A stretch of DNA of 39,491 nt from the UHGV virus genome UHGV-0344222. One strand, 5' to 3'. The notes beneath the pieces were generated by a model, which saw only the letters and a list, made by a program, of their open reading frames with translations, was not told the origin of the DNA and searched no databases. Shown one piece after another: positions 9,068-23,196 of this stretch (positions are counted from its first letter, which is position 1; each line of letters begins with the position of its first letter). Source of the DNA: a virus. The translations under genes were made by a program, and so were the position numbers.

Positions 9068-9276
9068 CCCATCTCAATCCCTTCAATACCTGAAAGGAAG
9101 CATAGAGCGGGCTTCAATGTGCACAGAGTGGATTCTATCTAGGTTTAGCGCATACAGAAGATTGCCGGTAAAGGGCATGCCAAGCAAGTCGATGCTGCAT
9201 ATGCAAAAGAATGCGCGCTGGAAGGTATGGCGAGAACACAGGTTATCTGGCTGAAAGAGGGGGTTATTAAGGCGTG
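9060..9276 (+). pseudogene. ninF N-terminus fused out of frame to a ybcO-like C-terminus (mosaic junction remnant)
   Basis: First about 19 codons match NinF as I recall it ([10 protein letters not shown]...ERA); a different frame (9149-9277) encodes ...[25 protein letters not shown], the YbcO C-terminus; GTGA overlap with rusA. Confidence 0.5.
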
Positions 9277-9636
9277 AATACCTACAGCATCGCATTACCC
9301 TGGCCTCCGAGCAATAACCGCTACTACCGGCATAATCGCGGGCGCACGCACATCAGCGCAGAAGGGCAGGCATACCGCGATAACGTCGCTCGAATCATTA
9401 AAAACGCAATGCTGGATATCGGCCTGGCTATGCCTGTGAAAATCCGCATTGAGTGCCACATGCCGGATCGCCGTCGCCGTGACCTGGATAATCTGCAAAA
9501 AGCCGCTTTTGACGCACTCACTAAAGCAGGTTTCTGGCTGGATGATGCTCAGGTCGTTGATTACCGCGTTGTGAAGATGCCTGTTACCAAAGGTGGGAGG
9601 CTGGAACTGACCATCACCGAAATGGGGAATGAATGA
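9274..9636 (+). CDS. rusA: RusA Holliday-junction resolvase
   Basis: 120 aa, GTG start; matches DLP12 RusA as I recall it. Confidence 0.93.
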   Translation: MNTYSIALPWPPSNNRYYRHNRGRTHISAEGQAYRDNVARIIKNAMLDIGLAMPVKIRIECHMPDRRRRDLDNLQKAAFDALTKAGFWLDDAQVVDYRVVKMPVTKGGRLELTITEMGNE

Positions 9637-9773
9637 TGTTTGAGTTTAATATGGCAGAACTTCTTCGCCACCGCTGGGGGCGTCTGCGCTTATATCGTTT
9701 CCCCGGTTCTGTTTTGACCGATTACCGAATACTGAAGAATTACGCCAAAACACTGACAGGAGCAGGAGTATGA
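9633..9773 (+). CDS. ylcG: YlcG-like small protein (46 aa)
   Basis: Manual translation [46 protein letters not shown]; ATGA overlap with the rusA stop. Confidence 0.6.
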   Translation: MMFEFNMAELLRHRWGRLRLYRFPGSVLTDYRILKNYAKTLTGAGV

Positions 9774-9858
9774 AGTCAGAGATAACAATCAACTAATACT
9801 GTTTTGTTGATTTTTGCTTGTAATTGGCGTTCTGGTCTGAGTTTTGTGGAGTAAGTTG

Positions 9859-10242
9859 ATGCGTGATATTCAGATGGTTCTTGAGCGTTGGGGAGCGTGG
9901 GCGGCTAATAATCATGAAGATGTGACCTGGTCGTCCATTGCCGCCGGTTTTAAGGGATTAATTACTTCAAAAGTAAAATCTCGCCCGCAATGTTGTGACG
10001 ATGACGCGATGATCATTTGCGGGTGCATGGCCCGTCTGAAAAAGAACAACAGCGATTTGCACGATTTATTAGTAGATTATTATGTAGTCGGTATGACATT
10101 CATGTCACTGGCAGGTAAGCATTGCTGCTCTGATGGTTATATCGGGAAAAGGTTACAGAAGGCTGAGGGCATAATTGAAGGGATGTTAATGGCATTAGAT
10201 ATCCGGTTAGAGATGGATATCGTTGTTAATAACTCTAATTAA
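9859..10242 (+). CDS. quuD: Late-gene antiterminator Q (QuuD / phage-82 type)
   Basis: [34 protein letters not shown]... 127 aa. Confidence 0.88.
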   Translation: MRDIQMVLERWGAWAANNHEDVTWSSIAAGFKGLITSKVKSRPQCCDDDAMIICGCMARLKKNNSDLHDLLVDYYVVGMTFMSLAGKHCCSDGYIGKRLQKAEGIIEGMLMALDIRLEMDIVVNNSN

Positions 10243-10269
10243 TACGCCAATTATTTACTAAAAGTTATT

Positions 10270-10415
10270 AAAAATGGGGCGTTGAAACGCCCCCAAAAAT
10301 AAAGGGTAATATATAACAGAAGGTTTGTATAGTTAGAAGCAAGGTTGTGCTTCTAAAGGAAGTGGCTTGAGGGAGCCACTTATATGTTGGGGAGGCAAAG
10401 CCTCCCACAACATAT
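10270..10415. other. Cluster of four stem-loops between Q and the porin gene (candidate pR'/tR' region and nmpC terminator)
   Basis: Hairpins at about 10275-10293 (GGGGCGTT/AACGCCCC), 10333-10354, 10363-10382 and 10385-10412. Confidence 0.5.
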
Positions 10416-10430
10416 CTTTTAGTAATCAAA

Positions 10431-11513
10431 TTAGAACTGGTAAACCATACCTACAGCAACGATATCATCGGTAGCAACGCCAGATGCTTTCGTGAAATCG
10501 CTCTTATCAATCAGGTTGATTTTGTAGTCAACAAAAGTGGACATATTTTTGTTGAAGTAATAGGTTGCACCTACATCAACATATTCAACCAGGTCCTGAT
10601 CACCCCAAACACCCAAGTCTTTTCCTTTAGAATGCAGGTAAGCAACGGATGGACGCAGGCCGAAGTCGAACTGATATTGTGCAACAGCTTCGAAGTTTTG
10701 TGCTTTGTTGGCAATATGGTTATTACCAAAAACAGTCATGTTCTGGGTTTCAGAATAGGTGGTGGCCAGATAGATGTTGTTCGCATCATATTTCAGACCA
10801 GCTGCCCATACTTCAGCATTTTGACCAGAAGCATTCAGACCGTTGTTACCGTAGATAACCTGATTATTAGTGCGATCAGATTTAGCATAGGTTGCACCCA
10901 CGCCGAATCCTTCATACTCATAAGTAGTTGAGAAACCGAAACCATCGCCATTAGCTTCAGTTACTTCATTTCGGTCATTTTTGCCCTGATACTGAGCTGC
11001 AAAGTTCAGGCCATCAACCAGACCAAAGAAGTCGTTGTTACGATAAGTTGCAACACCTGTGGTGCGACCAGTCATGAATACATCTGTTTGGGTCCAGGTA
11101 TCGCCACCGAATTCTGGCAGAACGTCAGTCCACGCACCGATGTCGTATGCTACACCGTAGTTACGGCCGTAATCGATTGAGCCGTAGTCACCGAATTTCA
11201 GGCCTGCAAATGCAAGACGGGTTTTGTCTTTGGAGGAACCTTGAGATTCAGCGCGGTTGCCTTTGAATTCATATTCCCACTGACCGAAACCAGTCAGTTG
11301 ATCGTTGATTTGGGTTTCACCTTTGAAGCCAAGACGGGCATAAGTAGTATCACCATCATCTGCATCATTAGAGGAGAAGTAGTGCTTAGCATTAACTTTC
11401 CCGTACAGATCCAGCTTGTTACTGTCTTTATTATAAATTTCAGCTGCCTGAGCAGACATCGCCATCAGTACTGATGCAGCTACAGCAGAAATTGCCACTG
11501 TTAATTTTTTCAT
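10431..11513 (-). CDS. nmpC: Outer-membrane porin (OmpC/NmpC family), apparently intact
   Basis: 360 aa with signal peptide [23 protein letters not shown] and C-terminal ...MVYQF. Confidence 0.92.
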   Translation of the reverse strand: MKKLTVAISAVAASVLMAMSAQAAEIYNKDSNKLDLYGKVNAKHYFSSNDADDGDTTYARLGFKGETQINDQLTGFGQWEYEFKGNRAESQGSSKDKTRLAFAGLKFGDYGSIDYGRNYGVAYDIGAWTDVLPEFGGDTWTQTDVFMTGRTTGVATYRNNDFFGLVDGLNFAAQYQGKNDRNEVTEANGDGFGFSTTYEYEGFGVGATYAKSDRTNNQVIYGNNGLNASGQNAEVWAAGLKYDANNIYLATTYSETQNMTVFGNNHIANKAQNFEAVAQYQFDFGLRPSVAYLHSKGKDLGVWGDQDLVEYVDVGATYYFNKNMSTFVDYKINLIDKSDFTKASGVATDDIVAVGMVYQF

Positions 11514-12101
11514 CGTGAGCCCTTTTTTTTGAACTATTATTAAAAAATGATGTCACTGCGCGATAAATATTCATCTAATCAATGTGATTATTTCAAGATG
11601 TAAGTTTTAGTTTCTCATTTAATTTGTGAAGTAGATCTCTATTTTTATCTGAACTTTTTCTATCGAAACCTATTTATGGCTCTTATTTGAACAAAAATAA
11701 ACCTATTAGCTAATTTATATTAATGGCTGTTATTTATGGGGGTTCTATAATTCGGCAGTTTAATTTAAATCAACTAAAAATAACCTCTGAAATTATTTAT
11801 TGGTTATTTGTTGAGGTTTTTTTATGTATTTGTGGTGGTGTTTTGAACACTCGGTAGCATTCTCATAAATATCATTCAGTGGTTTACGTACGTAAAAAAT
11901 TGGTTATGCTGTTAAGAGTGGTTACTTCGTCACACAGCTTAAACCCGCCGTCGAGCTGGTTTTTCCATTTTTTGAGTCTCGATATTAGCTGATAACTCAA
12001 TACCTGAGTTATTCACTGACTCCGAGTCTGTTACGTTTCTGCTTTTTTGCGATACGTTGTATTCCCTCAATTTACACCCGCTTTGTCTGCGAGGTGGGGT
12101 T

Positions 12102-12317
12102 ATGAAATCCATGGATAAGTTAACAACGGGTGTCGCCTATGGCACCTCAGCAGGTAGTGCCGGTTACTGGTTTTTACAGCTGCTCGATAAAGTCACGCCC
12201 TCACAGTGGGCAGCAATAGGTGTGCTGGGTAGCCTGGTATTTGGCCTGCTGACGTACCTGACAAACCTTTATTTCAAGATTAAAGAAGATAAGCGCAAGG
12301 CTGCGAGAGGTGAATAA
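12102..12317 (+). CDS. essD: Class II holin (phage-21 S-type pinholin) with dual start MKSM
   Basis: [31 protein letters not shown]... 71 aa. Confidence 0.9.
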
Positions 12318-12814
12318 TGCCTCCATCATTACGAAAAGCCGTTGCTGCTGCTATTGGTGGCGGAGCAATTGCTATAGCATCAGTGTTAATCACTGGCCCA
12401 AGTGGTAACGATGGTCTGGAAGGTGTCAGCTACATACCATACAAAGATATTGTTGGTGTATGGACTGTATGTCACGGGCATACAGGAAAAGACATCATGC
12501 TCGGTAAAACGTATACCAAAGCAGAATGCAAAGCCCTCCTGAATAAAGACCTTGCCACGGTCGCCAGACAAATTAACCCGTACATAAAAGTTGATATACC
12601 GGAAACAACGCGCGGCGCTCTTTACTCGTTCGTCTACAACGTGGGTGCTGGCAATTTCAGAACATCGACGCTTCTTCGCAAAATAAACCACGGTGATATC
12701 AAAGGCGCATGTGATCAGCTACGTCGCTGGACATATGCTGGCGGTAAGCAATGGAAAGGTCTCATGACTCGTCGTGAGATTGAGCGTGAAATCTGTTTGT
12801 GGGGTCAGCAATGA
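12317..12814 (+). CDS. rrrD: SAR endolysin (lysozyme with N-terminal signal-anchor-release domain)
   Basis: 165 aa; Gly/Ala-rich N-terminal TMD then lysozyme E...D...T catalytic region. Confidence 0.92.
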   Translation: MPPSLRKAVAAAIGGGAIAIASVLITGPSGNDGLEGVSYIPYKDIVGVWTVCHGHTGKDIMLGKTYTKAECKALLNKDLATVARQINPYIKVDIPETTRGALYSFVYNVGAGNFRTSTLLRKINHGDIKGACDQLRRWTYAGGKQWKGLMTRREIEREICLWGQQ

Positions 12815-13248
12815 ACAGAGTAACCGCGATTATCTCCGCTCTGGTTATCTGCATCATCGTCTGCCTGTCATGGGCTGTTAATCATTACCGTGATAACGCC
12901 ATGACCTACAAAGAACAGCGCGACAAAGCCACATCCATCATCGCTGACATGCAGAAGCGTCAACGTGACGTAGCAGAACTCGATGCCAGATATACAAAGG
13001 AGCTTGCTGATGCTAACGCGACTATCGAAAGTCTCCGTGATGATGTTTCTGCTGGGCGTAAGCGGCTGCAAGTCGCCGCCTCCTGTGCAAAGTCAAAGAC
13101 CGGAGCCAGCAGCATGGGCGATGGAGAAAGCCCAAGACTTACAGCAGATGCTGAACTCAATTATTACCGTCTCCGAAGTGGAATCGACAGGATAACCGCG
13201 CAGGTTAACTACCTGCAGGAGTACATCAGGACGCAATGTCTGAAATAA
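12811..13248 (+). CDS. rzpD: Rz i-spanin
   Basis: [23 protein letters not shown]...; ATGA overlap with the endolysin stop. Confidence 0.85.
   Translation: MNRVTAIISALVICIIVCLSWAVNHYRDNAMTYKEQRDKATSIIADMQKRQRDVAELDARYTKELADANATIESLRDDVSAGRKRLQVAASCAKSKTGASSMGDGESPRLTADAELNYYRLRSGIDRITAQVNYLQEYIRTQCLK
13010..13195 (+). CDS. rzoD: Rz1 o-spanin lipoprotein embedded in Rz (+1 frame)
   Basis: [20 protein letters not shown] with lipobox, Pro-rich mature part; AAGGA 8 nt upstream of the ATG at 13010. Confidence 0.7.
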   Translation: MLTRLSKVSVMMFLLGVSGCKSPPPVQSQRPEPAAWAMEKAQDLQQMLNSIITVSEVESTG

Positions 13249-13279
13249 TTTTTTTGCAAATCACAAAGTCCATTTAATG

Positions 13280-13305
13280 AGCCTCGCGATGCGGGGCTTT
13301 TTTGC
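13280..13305 (+). terminator. Rho-independent terminator after the lysis cassette
   Basis: AGCCUCGC-GAU-GCGGGGCU hairpin followed by TTTTTT. Confidence 0.6.
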
Positions 13306-13452
13306 AATAAATGCGTACCGCAACACATGTTTTTTTTACACCGAACCTGCCCCTTTGGAATGGGCCTTTGAGGATACCAGTTAGTGCTGGCGAGCCTCGG
13401 TGGGCTGGTTTCCTGTGCGGCAAAGGTTCATTTCAAATGGTAGGTAAACGTT

Positions 13453-13974
13453 ATGAATATCGTGCCACTTAATTACAAAGGTGAAATTGTCAGTTTCAAC
13501 ACTGATGGTTGGATCAACGTCACAGGTGTTGCTGAGAGATTTGGGAAACGCATTGATAACTGGATGCGTTTGGCAGAAACGCTTGAATACGTTCGTGCTT
13601 TAGACGAAGCGTTGACCGGGAAAGAATCTCAAATTTTACATCCCTCACAATCGAGGTATGTAAAAACCAGCAAGGCACGAAAGGACAGGGGTGGTGGTAC
13701 GTGGCTACATCCAAAACTTTCAGTTGCATTTGCCCGTTGGTGTGATGCTCGTTTTGCTGTGTGGTGCGACCTGCACATTGATAGTCTGCTTCGCGGTGAA
13801 CTGACTGAGCAGCAGAAATATGAGCAAGCATGTCGCATTCGCGATGACCGGAAATCAAAAGCCAGCAATGGGGCAAGAGAGATGGCTCGCTGGCGATGGG
13901 ATAAGCCGGTTATTGAAGCAAATGTTGAGTACTGGCGCGAGCAACTGCAGTTGACTCTCGATATCGCGTGCTGA
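13453..13974 (+). CDS. KilA-N domain protein (second copy of the fold; antirepressor- or exclusion-like) at the bor-equivalent locus
   Basis: 173 aa; motifs DGWINVTGVAERFGKR... and GGTWLHPKLSVAFARWCDARFAVWC. Confidence 0.75.
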   Translation: MNIVPLNYKGEIVSFNTDGWINVTGVAERFGKRIDNWMRLAETLEYVRALDEALTGKESQILHPSQSRYVKTSKARKDRGGGTWLHPKLSVAFARWCDARFAVWCDLHIDSLLRGELTEQQKYEQACRIRDDRKSKASNGAREMARWRWDKPVIEANVEYWREQLQLTLDIAC

Positions 13975-14323
13975 TGGCAAACGCAAAACTGCGTTATCGA
14001 AAAAATCAAAGCATTACTAGAACTGAGCAAAGGCTATCCATTACAAAGCCCATCTACGGGTGGGCTTGATAATGGCTTATACCCTGCACGGGATAACTTA
14101 ACTGATATCCCTTTTAACGGATAAAGGCATTCAAGCCTGACACATCATGCGCTGTATCGTCGCCGTATTCCCGCATTAACCATGACCGTAGCCCGACGGG
14201 GAATTCCTTCTGTGTGAGTGTGCGGGAATAATCAAAAACGATGCACACCGGGGTTACCGGGTACACATATTTCATCATGCCAGCGAGTCCGGTTCTGGCA
14301 CGGAAGAAACCGGACGTTATGAT

Positions 14324-14734
14324 TTAGTGCGGAAATATTTGTGTAGTGTTCTGAATGTTCTCAGTAAAGAGTAATGAATTATCAAAGGTATAGTAATACC
14401 TTTTGTTTTCGTGGATATTTGTAATCCATCTGAAAACCCCTGCTGTAGCAAGATTTTTCCTGTATTCGTAAAATGATAACTCTCCTGATTTGAATCCTTT
14501 TAATGTGGCTTCTATAAGGCATTTATTTTTTGAAAATCTTACATTTACAACCTTACCCTGTCCTTTTATTAAAACCGTATTATCGTTTTCAAGAACAAGA
14601 TGAATATTCTCTGTGGCTAAATAGTAAATGTAATGTGAGACATTGTGACGTTTTAGTTCAGAATAAAACCAGTGATAGTTTAAATTATTTCGCACTTTAT
14701 CGAATATTTGTTTAAAAATGGCAACCTGAGCCAT
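14324..14734 (-). CDS. Conserved lambda right-end protein of unknown function (137 aa)
   Basis: [11 protein letters not shown]... with GGAAGG SD; resembles the lambda right-arm ORF as I recall it. Confidence 0.7.
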   Translation of the reverse strand: MAQVAIFKQIFDKVRNNLNYHWFYSELKRHNVSHYIYYLATENIHLVLENDNTVLIKGQGKVVNVRFSKNKCLIEATLKGFKSGELSFYEYRKNLATAGVFRWITNIHENKRYYYTFDNSLLFTENIQNTTQIFPH

Positions 14735-14791
14735 TGTAGTACCTTCCATGTGATATGAGGGTACCTAGTCTGCACGATTATCTAAATTGCT

Positions 14792-15025
14792 TCAATCTGG
14801 TCTGACCTGCTTTCTGAGCAATTCAGTAATGTCACTCTTTTCTTTGTTTGCTTCAGGAGAAACTCTTTTTTCTGAGCACAGTCTCCGGCGGCAGGCTTCA
14901 ATGACCCAGGCTGAGAAATTCCCGGACCCTTTTTGATCAAGAGCGATGTTAATTTGTTCAATCATTTGGTTAGGAAAGCGGATGTTGCGGGTTGTTGTTC
15001 TGCGGGTTCTGTTCTTCGTTGACAT
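14792..15025 (-). CDS. Small ribbon-helix-helix-like DNA-binding protein
   Basis: 77 aa; NIRFPNQMIEQINIALDQKGSGNFSAWVIEACRRR resembles Arc/CopG-type RHH. Confidence 0.55.
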   Translation of the reverse strand: MSTKNRTRRTTTRNIRFPNQMIEQINIALDQKGSGNFSAWVIEACRRRLCSEKRVSPEANKEKSDITELLRKQVRPD

Positions 15026-15224
15026 GAGGTTGTCCCGTATTCAGTGTCGCTGATTTGTATTGTCTGAAGTTGTTTTTACGTTAAGTTGATGCAGATCAAT
15101 TAATACGATACCTGCGTCATAATTGATTATTTGACGTGGTTTGATGGCGTAGATGCATGTTGTGACATGTAGATGATAATTATTATCATTTTGCGGGTCC
15201 TTTCCGGCGATCCGACAGGTTACG

Positions 15225-15236
15225 GGGCGGCGACCT
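15225..15236. other. cosN cohesive-end site (GGGCGGCGACCT); cosB/cosQ in flanking sequence
   Basis: Sequence ...CGACAGGTTACG|GGGCGGCGACCTCGCGGGTTTTCGCTATTTATGAAAA matches the joined lambda right and left ends. Confidence 0.9.
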
Positions 15237-15413
15237 CGCGGGTTTTCGCTATTTATGAAAAATTTCCGGTTTAAGGCGTTTCCGTTCTTCTTCGTCATAA
15301 CTTAATGTTTTTATTTAAAATACCCTCTGAAAAGAAAGGAAACGACAGGTGCTGAAAGCGAGCTTTTTGGCCTCTGTCGTTTCCTTTCTCTGTTTTTGTC
15401 CGTGGAATGAACA

Positions 15414-15933
15414 ATGGAAGTCAACAAAAAGCAGCTGGCTGACATTTTCGGTGCGAGTATCCGTACCATTCAGAACTGGCAGGAACAGGGAATGCCCGTT
15501 CTGCGAGGCGGTGGCAAGGGTAATGAGGTGCTTTATGACTCTGCCGCCGTTATAAAATGGTATGCCGAAAGGGATGCTGAAATTGAGAACGAAAAGCTGC
15601 GCCGGGAGGTTGAAGAACTGCGGCAGGCCAGCGAGGCAGATCTCCAGCCAGGGACTATTGAGTACGAACGCCATCGACTTACGCGTGCGCAGGCCGACGC
15701 ACAGGAACTGAAGAATGCCAGAGACTCCGCTGAAGTGGTGGAAACCGCATTCTGTACTTTCGTGCTGTCGCGGATCGCAGGTGAAATTGCCAGTATTCTC
15801 GACGGGATCCCCCTGTCGGTGCAGCGGCGTTTTCCGGAACTGGAAAACCGACATGTTGATTTCCTGAAACGGGATATCATCAAAGCCATGAACAAAGCAG
15901 CCGCGCTGGATGAACTGATACCGGGGTTGCTGA

Positions 15934-15959
<26 letters not shown>
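15414..15959 (+). CDS. Nu1: Terminase small subunit Nu1
   Basis: 181 aa MEVNKKQLADIFGASIRTIQNWQEQGMPV... Confidence 0.97.
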
Positions 15960-19640
<3,681 letters not shown>

Positions 19641-19660
<20 letters not shown>

Positions 19661-20960
19661 TCTCCCGCATATTGCCAGCATGGCCTTTAATGAGCCGCTG
19701 ATGCTTGAACCCGCCTATGCGCGGGTTTTCTTTTGTGCGCTTGCAGGCCAGCTTGGGATCAGCCGCCTGACGGATGCGGTGTCCGGCGACAGCCTGACTG
19801 CCCAGGAGGCACTCGCGACGCTGGCATTATCCGGTGATGATGACGGACCACGACAGGCCCGCAGTTATCAGGTCATGAACGGCATCGCCGTGCTGCCGGT
19901 GTCCGGCACGCTGGTCAGCCGGACGCGGGCGCTGCAGCCGTACTCGGGGATGACCGGTTACAACGGCATTATCGCCCGTCTGCAACAGGCTGCCAGCGAC
20001 CCGATGGTGGACGGCATTCTGCTCGATATGGACACGCCAGGCGGAATGGTGGCGGGGGCATTTGACTGCGCTGACATCATCGCCCGTGTGCGTGACATAA
20101 AACCGGTATGGGCGCTGGCCAACGACATGAACTGCAGTGCAGGTCAGCTGCTTGCCAGTGCCGCCTCCCGGCGTCTGGTCACGCAGACCGCCCGGACAGG
20201 CTCCATCGGCGTCATGATGGCTCACAGTAATTACGGTGCTGCCCTGGAGAAACAGGGTGTGGAAATCACGCTGATTTACAGCGGCAGCCATAAGGTGGAT
20301 GGCAATCCCTACAGCCATCTTCCGGATGACGTCCGGGAGACACTGCAGTCCCGGATGGATGCAACCCGCCGGATGTTTGCGCAGAAGGTGTCGGCATATA
20401 CCGGCCTGTCCGTGCAGGCTGTGCTGGATACCGAGGCTGCAGTGTACAGCGGTCAGGAGGCCATTGATGCCGGACTGGCTGATGAACTTGTCAACAGCAC
20501 CGATGCGATCACCGTTATGCGTGATGCACTGGATGCACGTAAATCCCGTCTCTCAGGAGGGCGAATGACCAAAGAGACTCAATCAACAACTGTTTCAGCC
20601 ACTGCTTCGCAGGCTGACGTTACTGACGTGGTGCAAGCGACGGAGGGCGAGAACGCCAGCGCTGCGCAGCCGGACGTGAACGCGCAGATCACCGCAGCGG
20701 TTGCGGCAGAAAACAGTCGCATTATGGGGATCCTCAACTGTGAGGAGGCTCACGGACGCGAAGAACAGGCATGCGTGCTGGCCGAAACCCCCGGTATGAC
20801 CGTGGAAACGGCCCGCCGTATTCTGGCCGCAGCACCACAGAGTGCACAGGCGCGCAGTGACACTGCGCTGGATCGTCTGATGCAGGGGGCACCGGCACCG
20901 CTGGCTGCAGGTAACCCGGCATCTGATGCCGTTAACGATTTGCTGAACACACCAGTGTAA
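19641..20960 (+). CDS. C: Head protease/scaffold C (GTG start)
   Basis: VTAELRNLPHIASMAFNEPL...; 439 codons; overlaps B by 20 nt as in lambda. Confidence 0.9.
20355..20960 (+). CDS. Nu3: Scaffold protein Nu3 (in-frame internal start within C)
   Basis: ATG at 20355 in the C frame; position corresponds to lambda Nu3. Confidence 0.7.
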   Translation: MDATRRMFAQKVSAYTGLSVQAVLDTEAAVYSGQEAIDAGLADELVNSTDAITVMRDALDARKSRLSGGRMTKETQSTTVSATASQADVTDVVQATEGENASAAQPDVNAQITAAVAAENSRIMGILNCEEAHGREEQACVLAETPGMTVETARRILAAAPQSAQARSDTALDRLMQGAPAPLAAGNPASDAVNDLLNTPV

Positions 20961-20969
20961 GGGATGTTT

Positions 20970-21302
20970 ATGACGAGCAAAGAAACCTTTACCCATTACC
21001 AGCCGCTGGGCAACAGTGACCCGGCTCATACCGCAACCGCGCCCGGCGGATTGAGTAAGAAAACGCCAGCAATGACTCCGTTGATGCCGGATACCTCCAC
21101 CCGTAAGCTGGTTGCGTGGGATGGCACCACCGACGGTGCTGCCGTTGGCATTCTTGCTGTTGCTGCTGACCAGACCAGCACCACGCTGACGTTCTACAAG
21201 TCCGGCACGTTCCGTTATGAGGATGTGCTCTGGCCGGAGGCTGCCAGCGACGAGGCGAAAAAACGGACCGCGTTTGCCGGAACGGCAATCAGCATCGTTT
21301 AA
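20970..21302 (+). CDS. D: Head decoration protein D
   Basis: [27 protein letters not shown]... 110 aa. Confidence 0.95.
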   Translation: MTSKETFTHYQPLGNSDPAHTATAPGGLSKKTPAMTPLMPDTSTRKLVAWDGTTDGAAVGILAVAADQTSTTLTFYKSGTFRYEDVLWPEAASDEAKKRTAFAGTAISIV

Positions 21303-21357
21303 CCTGACCCTTCATCACTAAAGGCCGCCTGTGCGGCTTTTTTTACGGGATTTTTTT

Positions 21358-22383
21358 ATGTCGATGTACACAACCGCCCAGCTGCTGGCGGCAAATGAGC
21401 AGAAATTTAAGTTTGATCCGCTGTTTCTGCGTCTCTTTTTCCGTGAGAGCTATCCCTTCACTACGGAGAAAGTCTATCTCTCACAAATTCCGGGACTGGT
21501 AAACATGGCGCTGTACGTTTCGCCGATTGTTTCCGGTGAGGTTATCCGTTCCCGTGGCGGCTCCACCTCTGAATTTACGCCGGGATATGTCAAGCCGAAG
21601 CATGAAGTGAATCCGCAGATGACCCTGCGTCGCCTGCCGGATGAAGATCCGCAGAATCTGGCGGACCCGGCTTACCGCCGCCGTCGCATCATCATGCAGA
21701 ACATGCGTGACGAAGAGCTGGCCATTGCTCAGGTCGAAGAGATGCAGGCAGTTTCTGCCGTGCTTAAGGGCAAATACACCATGACCGGTGAAGCCTTCGA
21801 TCCGGTTGAGGTGGATATGGGTCGCAGTGAAGCGAATAACATCACGCAGTCCGGCAGCACGGGGTGGAGCAAGCGCGACAAGTCCACGTATGACCCGACC
21901 GACGATATCGAAGCCTACGCGCTGAACGCCAGCGGTGTGGTGAATATCATCGTGTTTGACCCGAAAGGCTGGGCGCTGTTCCGTTCCTTCAAAGCCGTCA
22001 GGGAGAAGCTGGATACCCGTCGCGGCTCTCATTCCGAACTGGAGACAGCGGTAAAAGACCTGGGCAAAGCGGTGTCCTATAAGGGAATGTATGGCGATGT
22101 GGCCATCGTCGTGTATTCCGGACAGTACGTGGAAAACGGCGTCAAAAAGAACTTCCTGCCGGACAACACGATGGTGCTGGGTAACACTCATGCACGCGGT
22201 CTGCGCACCTATGGCTGTATTCAGGATGCGGATGCATTGAGTGAGGGTATTAATGCGTCTCCCCGTTATCCGAAAAACTGGAAGACATCCGGCGATCCGG
22301 CGCGAGAGTTCACCATGATTCAGTCAGCACCGCTGATGCTGCTGGCTGATCCTGATGAGTTCGTGTCCGTTCAACTGGCGTAA
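21358..22383 (+). CDS. E: Major capsid protein E
   Basis: MSMYTTAQLLAANEQKFKFDPLFLRLFF... 341 aa. Confidence 0.97.
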   Translation: MSMYTTAQLLAANEQKFKFDPLFLRLFFRESYPFTTEKVYLSQIPGLVNMALYVSPIVSGEVIRSRGGSTSEFTPGYVKPKHEVNPQMTLRRLPDEDPQNLADPAYRRRRIIMQNMRDEELAIAQVEEMQAVSAVLKGKYTMTGEAFDPVEVDMGRSEANNITQSGSTGWSKRDKSTYDPTDDIEAYALNASGVVNIIVFDPKGWALFRSFKAVREKLDTRRGSHSELETAVKDLGKAVSYKGMYGDVAIVVYSGQYVENGVKKNFLPDNTMVLGNTHARGLRTYGCIQDADALSEGINASPRYPKNWKTSGDPAREFTMIQSAPLMLLADPDEFVSVQLA

Positions 22384-22424
22384 TCATGGCCCTTCGGGGC
22401 CATTTTCTCTCTGTGGAGGAGTCC

Positions 22425-22820
22425 ATGACGAAAGATGAACTGATTGCCCGTCTCCGTTCGCTGGGTGAGCAACTGAACCGTGATGTCAGCCTGACGGGGA
22501 CGAAAGAAGAACTGGCGCTCCGTGTGGCAGAGCTGGAAGAGGAGCTTGATGACACGGATGACGCAGCCGGTCAGGACACGTCGGTCAGCCCGGAAAATGT
22601 GCTGACCGTGCATGAAAATGAGGTTGTATCAGCGCAGCCGGATACCGTGACTGATACGGCTGATCTGGTCACGGTTGTGGCACTGGTGACGCTGCATACT
22701 GATGCACTTCACGCCACGCGGGATGAGGCTGTGGCATTTGTGCTGCCGGGAACGGCGTTTCGTGTCTCTGCCGGTGTGGCAGCTGAAATGACAGAGCGCG
22801 GCCTGGCCAGAATGCAATAA
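22425..22820 (+). CDS. FI: DNA-packaging protein FI
   Basis: MTKDELIARLRSLGEQLNRDVSLTGTKEELALRV... 131 aa. Confidence 0.93.
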   Translation: MTKDELIARLRSLGEQLNRDVSLTGTKEELALRVAELEEELDDTDDAAGQDTSVSPENVLTVHENEVVSAQPDTVTDTADLVTVVALVTLHTDALHATRDEAVAFVLPGTAFRVSAGVAAEMTERGLARMQ

Positions 22821-22831
22821 CGGGAGGCGCT

Positions 22832-23185
22832 GTGGCTGATTTCGATAACCTGTTCGATGCTGCCATTGCCTGCGCCGATGAAACGATACGCGGGTACATG
22901 GGAACGTCAGCCACCATGACATCCGGTGAGCAGTCCGGTGCTGTGATACGTGGTGTTTTTGATGACCCTGAAAATATCAGCTATGCCGGACAGGGCGTGC
23001 GCGTTGAAGGCTCCAGCCCGTCCCTGTTTGTCCGGACTGATGAGGTGCGGCAACTGCGGCGTGGAGACACGCTGACCATCGGTGAGGAAAACTTCTGGAT
23101 AGACCGGGTTTCGCCGGATGATGGCGGAAGCTGTCATCTCTGGCTTGGGCGTGGCGTGCCGCCTGCCGTTAACCGTCGCCGTTGA
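22832..23185 (+). CDS. FII: Head-tail connector FII
   Basis: 117 aa MADFDNLFDAAIACADETIRGYMG... Confidence 0.95.
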   Translation: MADFDNLFDAAIACADETIRGYMGTSATMTSGEQSGAVIRGVFDDPENISYAGQGVRVEGSSPSLFVRTDEVRQLRRGDTLTIGEENFWIDRVSPDDGGSCHLWLGRGVPPAVNRRR

Positions 23186-23196
23186 AAGGGGGATGT

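Noticed and set aside
10270-10415. Possible tRNA gene in the hairpin cluster between quuD and nmpC
   Set aside because: No cloverleaf arrangement or T-loop consensus could be traced by eye; the hairpins look like terminator or antiterminator structures.
11980-12050. Near-palindrome CTGATAACTCA-ATACC-TGAGTTAT upstream of the holin, as a late promoter or qut site
   Set aside because: Plausible regulatory element but I cannot place -10/-35 or a Q-binding site with confidence from sequence alone.
15041-15854. Minus-strand ORFs 15041-15298 (spans cos) and 15315-15854 (antisense to Nu1)
   Set aside because: One crosses the cohesive-end site and the other lies inside Nu1; neither is consistent with the conserved lambda layout.
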